Source of the DNA: Gemmatimonadota bacterium
Lineage (GTDB): Bacteria; Gemmatimonadota; Gemmatimonadetes; Palauibacterales; Palauibacteraceae
DNA length: 64,000 nt
NCBI GenBank assembly: GCA_963666735.1
Contig: OY762926.1
Span: 2,912,001-2,976,000 of the forward strand
Direction: 5' to 3'
Below, one piece after another: positions 30,085 through 40,201 of this stretch. Each line of letters starts with the position of its first letter. Position 1 is the first letter of the stretch. The notes beneath the pieces are model-generated. The model was not told the origin of the DNA. It made no database searches and saw only the letters and a program-made list of their open reading frames with translations. The position numbers and the translations under genes were made by a program.

Positions 30085-31377
30085 TCAGTTGCAGTTGCGG
30101 TTCACACGATAGCGGTGGACGTAAGGGACGTCGAACTCGCCGACCGTCATCCCCCAGACTTCACTTCGGCTGGCTTCAAAGATGCGCAGGCGTGGATTCC
30201 AATTCTCATGGTGGGGCGGATCCTCGATACGGACCAAACCTTCCAACTTCCCATGCTCACCGTAGATCTCCCACACATCTTCCGGGCTCGGCCAAGCCTC
30301 GCGGAGGAGCCAGATGGAGCCGTCTCCCCCCGCCACGATCCGGCGCACAACGGGATGATACTCGGGGAAGGTAATAAGTTCGCGCCCAATCCGCCGCCGC
30401 CGCTCCGATTCCTGACGGGACATAGGCTGACTCATTGACTCGGGCCTGAAGGCGCCAGCCACGGACGCGGCAAACCGTTCCCGCATCAGCAGTTCTTCGC
30501 GCCGCGTAATGGGCCTTGCCTCGTACGGGACCGACTGGTGCAGCAGGGTGTCGCCGTTGAACCGAATCTTCAACAGATCGAAGCTCGCACTCGTCCTGTC
30601 TTGTCGGACCTCCCCGATCATTACGATGGCGGAGCCGTCCGGTGTGGCCGTGACCGGGAGCCAGGATTCGCCGGACCAATTGCCAATCGGGTGCGACTTC
30701 ATCACGCCCCACCCGTTCCGATCTGTCTCTCGCACGAGGGTGAAGGACGCCAGCGGTCGCGCGACGGTGATCACGGTATCGACAACCTCGCCTATCGCTG
30801 ATAGGCGCCGCAAAGGCGCACGGTCCGCCAACAAGAAGCGACCGGAATGCTGGTTGACAAGGCGTGTTGGTAAGAAAGTGCCATCGGGGAGCGGGGTCCC
30901 TGGTACGAGGTTAGATCCCTCCGACGGCACGGGTGTTCGGAAACTGACGTCACGGATCGATCTTCCATCGGCTGAGAAGAAATGCGTCGTGAACCGATCG
31001 CTCACCCACAGCGTGTCCCCTCGCCAACCGAGTCGTGTGGGCCACGCTCCGAACTCTCCAGGGCCTCCGCCCGCGCGCCCGATCACGCCGCCGAGGCGAC
31101 CGTCAGGCTGGAACACCGAAACCTCATGCGCCCACGCTTGGATAAGATAGATGCGTCCGTCGGGCCCGACGGCCAAATCCCCTATGGGGCTGAGCGTCAC
31201 GTCTCCGTCGACCGATCCAATGCGGAGTGTCTCGGTCAAGATCCAGCGTGTCTCACACACCTCTTGGGCCTGCAAGGTGTGCGGAGTCACGCATAACGCT
31301 ACAACCAACGTCGGGATCTTTGCCCGGGCCGCTCGCTTCCCTAAGCGCCACATTCTCTTGCTGCTGCAGTGCCTCAA
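30085..31377 (-). CDS. Secreted 6-bladed beta-propeller protein
   Basis: Signal-like segment, LRIGSVDG, DLAVGPDGRIY, GRAGGGPGEF, DEFDVPYV-like C-terminus; start uncertain. Confidence 0.75.
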   Translation of the reverse strand: MRHCSSKRMWRLGKRAARAKIPTLVVALCVTPHTLQAQEVCETRWILTETLRIGSVDGDVTLSPIGDLAVGPDGRIYLIQAWAHEVSVFQPDGRLGGVIGRAGGGPGEFGAWPTRLGWRGDTLWVSDRFTTHFFSADGRSIRDVSFRTPVPSEGSNLVPGTPLPDGTFLPTRLVNQHSGRFLLADRAPLRRLSAIGEVVDTVITVARPLASFTLVRETDRNGWGVMKSHPIGNWSGESWLPVTATPDGSAIVMIGEVRQDRTSASFDLLKIRFNGDTLLHQSVPYEARPITRREELLMRERFAASVAGAFRPESMSQPMSRQESERRRRIGRELITFPEYHPVVRRIVAGGDGSIWLLREAWPSPEDVWEIYGEHGKLEGLVRIEDPPHHENWNPRLRIFEASRSEVWGMTVGEFDVPYVHRYRVNRNCN

Positions 31378-31379
31378 CT

Positions 31380-32045
31380 TTAGCGACGCACCCCCCGAAA
31401 AACTTCGGCGAAGGAAATCGAGTCCAAGACGCCCATTGAGAGGCGGCCGTTCACCAAGAAAGCGGGCGTTCCCGACAAACCGAGCTCAGCTGCGGCAGCG
31501 AGATCGGCGGTAATCGCGGGAACCGGGTCGTCACTCCCGATACAAGCCTCGAACCTGACCCGATCATCAATACCGACTTCAACGCTTATGCGCTTCCAAG
31601 CATCCGTTGCGCCGCCGATCTGCCAATTACGGTCGGAAAACAGCCGGTCGTGAAACGGCCAGAATAAACCCTGTTCGCCAGCACACTCCGCTGCTCTGGC
31701 GGCATCATACGAAGCGGATTCGATTACGAGCGGCAGATGCCGATAAACCAGGGCGACATCGTCTGCGTAGTTCCGTCGAATCGAAGCCAAGTGGGGTTCC
31801 GCCTCCCAACAGTACCGACATTGATAATCTCCGAACTCAATGATCGTAACGGCGGCGTCAGCAGGGCCCAAGCGATGCCCGCTCTCCGCATAGGAAGCCC
31901 AATCCTCAACGATGACTACCGTAGGATCGGAGGCGTCACGCGACGACGTGTTCCGACCCCAGATAACGGCCCCTAGGATCGCCACTGCGCTCACGGCCGC
32001 TAAGAGTGTCGCCGCATCCGTGAGCCACGACGCTGAGGGTCGCAC
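31380..32045 (-). CDS. DsbA-family thioredoxin-fold oxidoreductase
   Basis: N-terminal TM, IIEFGDYQCRYC (CxxC), YRHLPL, AARAAECA, GTPAFLVNG. Confidence 0.88.
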   Translation of the reverse strand: MRPSASWLTDAATLLAAVSAVAILGAVIWGRNTSSRDASDPTVVIVEDWASYAESGHRLGPADAAVTIIEFGDYQCRYCWEAEPHLASIRRNYADDVALVYRHLPLVIESASYDAARAAECAGEQGLFWPFHDRLFSDRNWQIGGATDAWKRISVEVGIDDRVRFEACIGSDDPVPAITADLAAAAELGLSGTPAFLVNGRLSMGVLDSISFAEVFRGVRR

Positions 32046-32105
32046 AGATGATCGCGTCGGAATCGGAGCGATATCGGTAAACTGCGGGTGCTATCCGATC
32101 ACGAC

Positions 32106-32345
32106 TCAGTACAATTGATCCACGCACCAGACCGTTTGGTCGCTATCTCCTCCGAAGTCGCACGACTCCGTGTCAGAGCAGTCCGCCTCGCACCGCATAG
32201 CACCGCAGCTGCACTCGTCCGAGCAGAATGGTGCCACATTACGGCAACTGCCTGCCGCTCCGCGGGCTTCGGATGACGTAAAGGCGAACAGAGCCACCGC
32301 AAGGGCGGCCAGCGAAATGGTCAGTCGAAGCAGTCTCTTGCTCAC
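32106..32345 (-). CDS. Small secreted Cys-rich peptide (8 Cys)
   Basis: Signal peptide MSKRLLRLTISLAALAVALFAFTSSEARG, then about 50 aa acidic region with 8 Cys; GGAGGG RBS. Confidence 0.65.
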   Translation of the reverse strand: MSKRLLRLTISLAALAVALFAFTSSEARGAAGSCRNVAPFCSDECSCGAMRCEADCSDTESCDFGGDSDQTVWCVDQLY

Positions 32346-32440
32346 TCCACCCTCCAGCGTTCGTGGGTCATGCTGAGCTTACGTCAAACTGCTTGGACCG
32401 TACATGGGATGACGACGGGGCGCAAGCTTGAGTCTTGTCT

Positions 32441-33812
32441 TGTAAGGAGCAAATGAAGTTGTCCGGTTTTGTAGCACGTAACATGTCCGGTTTGAACATC
32501 GCGCCGGCGGAGGCGGCCGAGGCGAGCCGGAACGGGCACGACGAACCGCCTCACGACGACGCCCCCCTCGCCCCGTTGGAGGCGGCCAGCGGACGACCCT
32601 CCCGGTCGTAGCGGCCCAGCCGGAGCTTGTCGTGAAACACGGCCATGGTCCCGTCCTCGTACTCGTGAACCCGAACCTTCGCCCGGACGTAGTGGATCCG
32701 GTGCGGCTGGGGCGCGATCTGAAGCCGCCTGCCATCGTACGACACGCAGTTGTCGTTGCCGACCGTCCGCGTCTCCCGCAGGCACAGGATGTCGTCCAGA
32801 GGCACCTCCGGCAGCGGCACGAACGCCGTCCCCTCCCCGGCCGCCTCAACCCCGAACGCCGCGTTGAACCGCGGCCAGTACCCGCTCAGGTACTCGTTGG
32901 CCCCCTCCATGTCCGCGATCCCCTCGCGGGCCAGCTCGTTGGGCAGACAGTCCCTGAAGCGTCCGGAACAGGCGCTCGCACCGCCCCCGCGCCCGCGGCG
33001 AGTACCACGGAATCATCTCGATCCCCAGCTCCCCCATCGCCCGCCCGAACTGGGTCGGCTTCCCCTTGTCCACCTTCCCCCCGGCCTTCGGCGTGTGCCG
33101 GTAGTGAGACCCCCGGTCCGTGTACAGGCTCGCGAACACCCCCTTCGCCTCCACCGTCTCGCGCACGCCCCGGAAGCTCGACCAAGTCCCCTCCTCCTCC
33201 ACGCAGAACCCGGAGTACACCCGCCCCGTCGCGTCGTCCGACGTCACGATGAGATCCCACGCCCGCCCCGGCACCCACTCGTGCGTCGAGCCGTCCCGGT
33301 GCACCATCAGCCCCTCCAGGGGCTTCCGCGGCCGCCTCAGCCGGTTTCGGCCGCGACGCCGGCCACGCTTCACAAGACCGGCCGCCCGCAGGCGGTTCTT
33401 CACCCACGTGTACGACCGCCTCCCGCCGTGATCCTCCACGTACCGCTCGTGGAAGTGCCGCGCGCTCCAGCCCTCGTACCCCTGCCGGTACAGCGCCTCC
33501 AGCGCCGCCACCTCCGCGGCCGGCGCCCGCCTGTGCGAACCCCCGGCCACCCGGCCGTCCCGGAGACCCTCCGGACCCTCCGCCTCGTACCGCGCCGCGT
33601 AGCGCCGGAACGTCCGCTCGCTCACCCCGAGCACGGCCGCCGCCCACGCCTGCGTCGTTCCTCCCCCCACCCACGCCCCGTACACCTCCTCGAACCTCAA
33701 CGTCCGCACCGCGCGGAGCAGCTCCGTCCGTTCCATACAGCCCCCTCCGAGACCATGTTGAAACCGGACAGATTATGTGCTAACCAACCGGACAGATTAT
33801 GTGCTCGTAACA
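32441..33812 (-). mobile_element. IS1202-family (ISNCY/IS481-like) insertion sequence with long target duplication
   Basis: TGT...ACA ends with internal repeated AACCGGACA boxes; GCTTGAGTCTTGTC duplicated at 32426-32439 and 33813-33826. Confidence 0.8.
32551..33736 (-). pseudogene. DDE transposase, frameshifted near 32953
   Basis: HTH N-terminus, HRDGSTHEW, DDATG, LYTDRGSHY, SPRARGRCERLFRTLQ; the C-terminus continues in another frame. Confidence 0.8.
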
Positions 33813-33913
33813 GCTTGAGTCTTGTCCAGCGGGGCATGAGCCTGAACGAGGAACTGGTTTCCACCGGGAAGTGAGCCTGAGGCGCGGAGCGATGAGATCA
33901 TGGAGGCAGGATC

Positions 33914-34325
33914 GTGACGCTTCGCACCGAACGGATTCGGACGCTCGATGAGGTTCGCGCCTTCCTCGAGGGCAGCGAGCCGGTGGAGTTCACCCTCAAC
34001 GACCGGGACTCGGCCTACGTTTTCGTGAGACGGTCGCTGGAGAGGGTCCGTTACCACCGCCTCGGCAAGCCGGACAAGGGTCTGGTCAAAGGCCTACCTG
34101 GCCAAGGTGACTGGACCCTCCCGCGCCCAGTTCACCCGGCTCATCGCCCAGCACAAGAGGACTGGCCACATCCGCGACCGGCGCGGGAAGCCCCCGGCAA
34201 ATCCCTTCCAGCGGCGCTATACGCCCGGGGACGCCGCCCTCCCGGCCGAGGTCGACGTCGCCTACGGCCGCCTCTCCGGACCCGCCACCAAGGAGGCCCT
34301 CCGCCGCCAGTACGAAGAAATGTCC
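33914..34325 (+). pseudogene. Transposase N-terminal relic (rve-type)
   Basis: LDEVRAFLEGS..KGLVK / SRAQFTRLIAQH..FQRRYT..EVDVAYGRLSGPATK; frameshifted and truncated. Confidence 0.6.
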
Positions 34326-34844
34326 GGGGTTAGACCGAGCTTCCGCAGCCGCCTCGTTCGCCGCCACCTCGGCCCTCTCAACGCCTTTTTTTCGGCTCTG
34401 CAACCCGCAAGACCCCCGGCAGCCACCTCCCCAGCCCGGCCCTTCAGCTACTCCATAGTTCCAACGGCGTGGGCAGTAGCCCGCCGAGGAGGCGAATCTT
34501 GGCGGTCAGGACGCACCGAGGTGGAGATGGGTCTCACGAAGAGGAAGCTAGCAACGGATCGGGTTCAGCCCAAGAGCACGCGCCTGACGATCAGCCGCCG
34601 CCAGCATGTCGGATATCCCACGCGCCCGGACGACATGACTTACTAAGGACGAGGGCCGACGTGGGTCTTCCGGGACCTTCGGCGAAGAGGCCGCGCGGGC
34701 GCGGGAGTCCCGCCATTCAAGCGCGGTTTTCCCGCTCTCGCGGCACGGTCCAGCAAGATCCAGTAGCCCGGCAATAGACGCAGACCGTGCAGCCCTGTAA
34801 GTAGTTAGACGATTCCCTGCCGTGATTCTGGCCTCAGGCGATCC

Positions 34845-35172
34845 GCCGTGGTGGCAGATCGAGATCGCGCGGCGGCTTCGCCGTACCGACTTCGATCCCC
34901 CTCCGAGGGTGGACGCCGTCGCGCTCTGGCTTGCCCGTCGAACGAGACCGCTCGTGGACCGATTCCAGGCCGCGGACTACCGGCGCTTGATCAAGCGTTG
35001 CTTCGGTCGCGACGGCCGCTCGGTCCGGCGGTGTCTGCGGCCCGAATTCACGCCGACGCAGATCCACCGGCTGGGTCGGGATCTCAGGTTCGATCCTTCT
35101 GGACCGCCCCGCGGTCTCACCTTCGACCAGTGGCTCGCATTGTTCAGGTTCCGGAGGCTGACGCGGTCGTGA
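34845..35172 (+). pseudogene. Erm/KsgA-family methyltransferase, 3' part
   Basis: PWWQIEIARRLRRTDFDPPPRVDAV (F.P.P.VD motif) and LTFDQWLALF, continuing the fragment at 21236-21562. Confidence 0.8.
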
Positions 35173-35286
35173 GCGCCGATACGGCGGTGCAGACAGATCC
35201 TGCCGGCACAAAGGAACGCGCGTATCGTGGGGGCGGGAAATGCGAGCCGGTATTCCCCGAACGGGGGACCCCGGAGGTGGGAGGGT

Positions 35287-36306
35287 ATGAAGGACGAAGT
35301 GGACCAGCCAGGCGCCGGAAGCCCGCGCCCCATCGGCCTGTTGGGTCTCGGCATCTATCTGCCCGAGCGTGTCATGACCAACGACGAATGGGCGGAGCAC
35401 GTCGACACCTCGGACGAGTGGATCGTGGCGCGCACCGGCATACACACGCGCCGCATCGCAGCGGATGACGAGAGCACGGCCGATCTCGCGCTGGCCGCGG
35501 CGCGGGCGGCTCTGGCCGACGGCGCCTTCGAGCCCGCGGATATCGACGAGATCATCCTTGCCACCGATACGCCCGAGGTCTTCATCCCCGATACGGCGGC
35601 GTACGTCCAGGCGCGGCTCGGCGTCGGCCACATCCCGTGCTACGACCTGGCGGGGAGCGGCTGCGCGGGGTTCGTGCTCGCACTGGACATCGCCCGCTCC
35701 CGGGCCCTCGCGGACGGACGCCGGGTGCTCGTGATCGGCGTGGAACTCCTCACCCGGCTCATGGACTGGGAGGACCGCAACACCTGCGTACTCTTCGGGG
35801 ACGCGGCGGGCGCGGCGGTCGTCGGACCGGGACCGGGCGCGGTCGAAATCGTGGCCGCCACGGCGGGAACGGACGGCAGCAAGAGCAACATTCTTGGGGT
35901 GGAGGCGGGCGGCACGCGCGTGCCCACGACCGTCGAGCGGGTGGAGCAGGGGCTCCACAAACATGTCGTCATGCAGGGACGGGAGGTGTTCCGCGAGGCC
36001 GTCAGCCGCATGGGCGCGGCGTCCCACCGGGTGCTGGAGAAGGCCGGCGTCTCCATGGACGACGTGGCGCTCGTCGTGCCGCATCAGGCCAACCTGCGGA
36101 TCCTGGACGCGGTCAGGAAACGGCTGGACCTCCCCGATGAACGGGTCTTCGTCAACGTCCACGAGTACGGCAACACAGGCTCGGCGGCCGTGCCCCTGGC
36201 CCTGTGGGAGGCACGGGCTCAGGGTCGGATCAAGCCCGGCGACCTGGTCCTGCTGACCGCCTTCGGCGCCGGGTTCCATTGGGCGGCCGCACTGCTGCGC
36301 TTCTAG
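35287..36306 (+). CDS. fabH: 3-oxoacyl-ACP synthase III
   Basis: VDTSDEWIVARTGI, catalytic C in GCAGF, LFGDAAGA, HQAN, GNTGSA, FGAGFHW. Confidence 0.92.
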   Translation: MKDEVDQPGAGSPRPIGLLGLGIYLPERVMTNDEWAEHVDTSDEWIVARTGIHTRRIAADDESTADLALAAARAALADGAFEPADIDEIILATDTPEVFIPDTAAYVQARLGVGHIPCYDLAGSGCAGFVLALDIARSRALADGRRVLVIGVELLTRLMDWEDRNTCVLFGDAAGAAVVGPGPGAVEIVAATAGTDGSKSNILGVEAGGTRVPTTVERVEQGLHKHVVMQGREVFREAVSRMGAASHRVLEKAGVSMDDVALVVPHQANLRILDAVRKRLDLPDERVFVNVHEYGNTGSAAVPLALWEARAQGRIKPGDLVLLTAFGAGFHWAAALLRF

Positions 36307-36443
36307 CCCGCCTGCGGACAAGACCTGTCGGCATTCGAGCGGCGATGCGACCGCCCGTTCACTGAACTTCGCCCCCGCGCGGCGGGCGCTCGGTTGAACC
36401 ACCGGCCTCACGACCCCCACCCGAACCATCCCGGTTGCCTTTT

Positions 36444-36463
36444 AATGAGAATCTATTATCAAT
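36444..36463. promoter_or_regulatory. Fur/Zur-like AT-rich palindromic box
   Basis: AATGAGAATCTATTATCAAT upstream of a TonB-dependent receptor; 7-2-7 rather than the canonical 7-1-7 spacing. Confidence 0.5.
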
Positions 36464-36544
36464 ACGGCTGAAACACTCTCGGCCACTCCCCCGGTGCGAC
36501 CCCACCGGCAGCGAGCGAGAGCAAACCGGGGTTCCAGGACGGGG

Positions 36545-38337
36545 ATGATGAAGCGACTCATCGCAGTTCCATTTCTTCTGAGCATGGGCCTGAGCGCCGC
36601 CGCCGTGCCTTCGGCCGCGCAGGTGCAACAGGACGAGGGCATCCTTGAGGGGATCGTCCGGTCGACGGAGGGCGGGATGCCTCTCGCGGGCGCGATGGTC
36701 ACGGTCGTCGGCACGGGCCGCGGCGCCGTCACCCACGGAGACGGCGCGTTCCGAATCGCCGTGCCGGATGCCGAACAGTACCAGCTCCGGGTCGATCGCC
36801 TCGGGTACGCAACGACGACCCTCGAGGTCGGCCACGGGGAGTCGGCCACGGTCGACCTTGAAGTCGCCGCCGTTCCTTCGCCGGATCTCGTCGTCACGGC
36901 GGTCCTGAGCCCCACCGCTGCGAACGAGGCGATCCGGCCTTCCGCCGTCTTTGCGGGGGAGGAACTGCAGCGACGGATGGCGGGAACCGTCGCGAAGACG
37001 GTTGCAACGGTTCCGCGCCGGCCATCCTCGAGCATCAGGATCCGGTCGCCGGTCAGGCCGCGGATGACCGGCTGGGCGGTGCCGGGCTCCATGCTGTTCA
37101 CGGCGACGCCGTGGGCGACGTCATCAACAGCGGCCTCGACCACGCCTCGGCGCTTTCCCCTTCCATGGCTCGGCGAATCGACGTGATTCGCGGGCCGAGC
37201 GCGATTCTCTACGGCAGCAGCGTCCTCGGAGGCGTGATCAACGTCGTGCGGGAAGAGATACCCCGCGCGGTGCCGTACCGCCCGACCGGCTTCGCCTCGA
37301 TGCAGGCGCAGTCGGCGACGCGCGCCCTCGGGGGAAGCGGCGAGATGACCGTCGGAATCACGGAACACGTGCCCCTCCGCGTCGAGGTCTCGAGGCGAGA
37401 GTCGGGGGATCTGCGGACGCCCATCGGGAGGCTCGCGGGAACGCAGACCGACGTATGGAGCGCGTCGGCCGGCACCTCGTGGGTGGACGATTGGGGATAC
37501 GCGGGCGGTTCATTTCGCGTCTTCAGGAACGACTACGGGATCCCCGGAGGCTTCCTCGGCGGCCACACGAACCCGGTGCGCACGGAGCAGGAGAGGGTCG
37601 CGGGCCGCTTCCGCACCGTCATCCGGCCCGGGCAGGGCCTGGAGGCGATCGAAGTGGATGCGGGCTACACGTCGTACCAGCATCACGAGATGGAGTCCTC
37701 CGGCATCCTCGGTGCGCTGTACGAGCGCGAGGTCGTGAGCGGGGAGGCTCGGGCACGGCACGGGCGATGGGGCCCATTCACATCGGGCGCCATCGGAACG
37801 AGGGTCTCGTGGGAATACTTCGGATTCGGGGGGGTCCTCTACACTCCGAACGCCTGGCGCCGGACACAGGCCGCGTATCTCCTCGAGGAGATCCAGCTCG
37901 ATCCGGTCTCGATCGAGGCCGGGCTCCGCTACGATCGGGTCGAGCTGGAACCGGACCAGGAGGACCAGTTCTCCGACATCGGACACATCCGCGCACGTTC
38001 CTTCGGCGCGCTTTCCGGGTCGCTCGGTGCGCTTCTGCGGCTGTCCGGCCCCCTCACGGTGGGTGGGAGCGTGGGCCGTGCCTTTCGCACGCCGGATGTA
38101 CACGAACTCTACTCGGAGGGGCCGCACTTCGCGTCCAATTCATTCGATGTCGGCAATCCCTCGCTGGAGACGGAAACCGGCCTCGGGATCGACGTGTTCG
38201 GGCGGATCACGGGACAACGCCTGAGCGCCGAGGCGACGTGGTTCCGAAACGCCATTTCGGGCTACGTCTTCCCGCAGGCGACGGGGGAACTCAGCCGCAT
38301 CCGGCTCCCCATCTACGGCCGGGCACGTGGGAGGTAG
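36545..38337 (+). pseudogene. TonB-dependent receptor (ZnuD-like plug) with internal inversion and missing C-terminus
   Basis: Signal peptide, carboxypeptidase-regulatory-like domain, plug RIDVIRGPSAILYGSSVLGGVINV, barrel strands; 37015-37110 is inverted; truncated near 38316. Confidence 0.85.
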
Positions 38338-38636
38338 CCGGCGGCTGGATACTCGGCTCCATCGGGCTCGGGTTCGTGGGTGCGTACATCGGCGGACGAG
38401 TCTGTGCCCGGGTGGCGCACGATGCCAAGGGCGCCACGATTCTGATCGCCATGATGATCGGGCTCGGAGTGGTGTCGGCCCTGATGCCGGTGGAGATGGC
38501 GGCGGGACCCCGCCCCGATGACGTGTCGATGCTGGAGGCGACCATGAGCGCCAGCCAGCCGGCATGGCTCCCCTGGCTCAACCCGCTGATCGGGGTCGTG
38601 GGCGTCTGGCTCGGATCGCGGAAGTTGCGCGCGTAG
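38317..38636 (+). pseudogene. 3' fragment of a small membrane protein fused at the deletion junction
   Basis: Hydrophobic ORF tail GTWEVAGGWILGSIGLGFVGAYIGG..WLNPLIGVVGVWLG with no start of its own. Confidence 0.55.
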
Positions 38637-38672
38637 CGCGAGGCGGGTCACAGGCCTTCGAAGTGCGCGCCG

Positions 38673-39935
38673 CTACCGGCGGGTGTCCCTCCGCGTGAGT
38701 GGGCTCAGGTAGTCGCGGTTTCCGAGTCCCAGCTTCCTGAGCGCGATCCCCGTCATGCACTCGTCCACGACCTGTTTGGCGTTGAGCACGGTCGTGTAGC
38801 CCGGGTCGACGAGCGGGTTGAGTTCGACGAGGTCGAAGCCCACCACGTTGTTCTCCGAGCAGAGCCCGCGGACGATGTAGAACACTTCCCGGGGCGTCAG
38901 TCCGCCCGGAACCGGCGTCCCCGTGCCCGAGGTGTAGGCCGGATCCATGACGTCGATGTCGAAGGAGATGTACAGGTACTCGGGACCGTCGTTCGCCTCG
39001 TCGAGCACCTGCTGCATGACCTCGGTCCAGCCGTCCCGGTCGATCTCGGCCATCGTGTGGTAGCGGAGGCCGTTTTCCCGCATCCACTCGAAGCCGTCCT
39101 CGCCGGGCCAACTGCCCCGCAACCCGACCTGGATGAAGTTCCTGCCGAGGATGTGACCGTCATCGACGAGGCGGCGCACCGGCTGGGCGTGCGAGATCAG
39201 GTGGCCGTGCCGGGCGTCCCCCGCGTCGTAGTGCGCGTCGAAGTGAATGACGCCGACGTTCTCTTTGCCGTACACATCCGCGAGTCCCGCCACGTTGGCG
39301 AACTCGATCGAGTGGTCTCCCCCGATGATCACGGGGATGGCGCCGGTCTCCGCGATCTCGCGCACCATGCGGCGGATCGGCGGCATGCTGCGCTCCACGC
39401 TCAGGTTGTCGATGGGCGCGTTGCCGTAGTCGACCGCCGTGAGTTCGCTGCGCCACGACACCATCGTCTCCATGCTGCCCACGCTGCGCCGCATGGCGCG
39501 GAGCGCGGTCGGTCCCTCGCCCGCCCCGCGGTACCCCACCCCCATGTCGACCGGGGCCCCCAGAAAGGCGACTTCGACCTCGCCCGCGACGAGGTCCTCG
39601 GGGGTGCGCGCGATCGGCAGCCCGAAGAAGGTGAGGACGGATCCGACTTCGATGGGTCCGGGTTCGCGGGGAGGATCCCCGGAGATGTCGCGGTCGCGCC
39701 ACACCCCGAGGTTGGGGTCGCTCGCGTCGAGCCGGATGATGGCCGAGTCGGCGGGGAGAGGCTCCTGTTCGGAGGCGGCGTCGGCGACGGCAGCGCTGTC
39801 GGCCGGCGTGTCCGAAGGGGCGACCTCGGCCTGTTCAGGCTGTTCCGGCGGTGGCACCTCGCAGGCCGTCAGCAGCAGGCTGCACAGGAGGAAACCGGCG
39901 GCGGAAGACGGGCGGGATGTCATGGCTTCGATCAC
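38673..39935 (-). CDS. Agmatinase/ureohydrolase-family lipoprotein
   Basis: Lipobox LTAC; GGDHS, DAHYD and SFDIDVMDP Mn-binding motifs. Confidence 0.9.
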   Translation of the reverse strand: MIEAMTSRPSSAAGFLLCSLLLTACEVPPPEQPEQAEVAPSDTPADSAAVADAASEQEPLPADSAIIRLDASDPNLGVWRDRDISGDPPREPGPIEVGSVLTFFGLPIARTPEDLVAGEVEVAFLGAPVDMGVGYRGAGEGPTALRAMRRSVGSMETMVSWRSELTAVDYGNAPIDNLSVERSMPPIRRMVREIAETGAIPVIIGGDHSIEFANVAGLADVYGKENVGVIHFDAHYDAGDARHGHLISHAQPVRRLVDDGHILGRNFIQVGLRGSWPGEDGFEWMRENGLRYHTMAEIDRDGWTEVMQQVLDEANDGPEYLYISFDIDVMDPAYTSGTGTPVPGGLTPREVFYIVRGLCSENNVVGFDLVELNPLVDPGYTTVLNAKQVVDECMTGIALRKLGLGNRDYLSPLTRRDTRR

Positions 39936-40054
39936 GTCCGGCTCAGGTGGCGATGAGCGGGTGTCGTCTCAAGAGGAAGCCTATTGGGCGCCAGGGCGGG
40001 GGGCAAACGGCGTGGGGCGGGACGATATCTTGACCGGCTTGAGCGGTTCCCGGA

Positions 40055-40150
40055 ACGCAAGAGCCCCGAGGACGAAACGGCCTCGGGGCTCCTACCTCAG
40101 CGTCTTGCTGCACCCGAAGGCCTTTTGCAGTAGAGGACGACCTGAGGCGT
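40055..40150 (+). ncRNA. Candidate structured RNA upstream of the Abi-like gene
   Basis: Perfect 11-bp stem GAGCCCCGAGG/CCTCGGGGCTC (40061-40091) without a U-tract, then a second long imperfect stem (40095-40147). Confidence 0.5.
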
Positions 40151-40201
40151 ACGCTTGAAGGATCGTCAACTCTCATCCAAACCGCAACCGGCGGAGTTGC
40201 T

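Larger units (their letters stand above)
21554..34853. mobile_element. Integrative mobilizable element (~13.3 kb) inserted in the erm-like gene
   Basis: GCCGTGGTG duplicated at 21554-21562 and 34845-34853; integrase at the left end plus MobC and relaxase; removal rejoins LKPW-WQIEIARR in frame. Confidence 0.88.

Noticed and set aside
21236..35172. Functional macrolide-resistance erm gene
   Set aside because: The gene is internally deleted, frameshifted and split; the family could also be KsgA-like.
37015..37110. Recombinase-driven phase-variable invertible switch
   Set aside because: No flanking inverted repeats, one base is lost, and the gene is also truncated at its 3' end.
40061..40091. 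Rho-independent terminator
   Set aside because: No U-tract on either strand and it lies between divergently transcribed genes.
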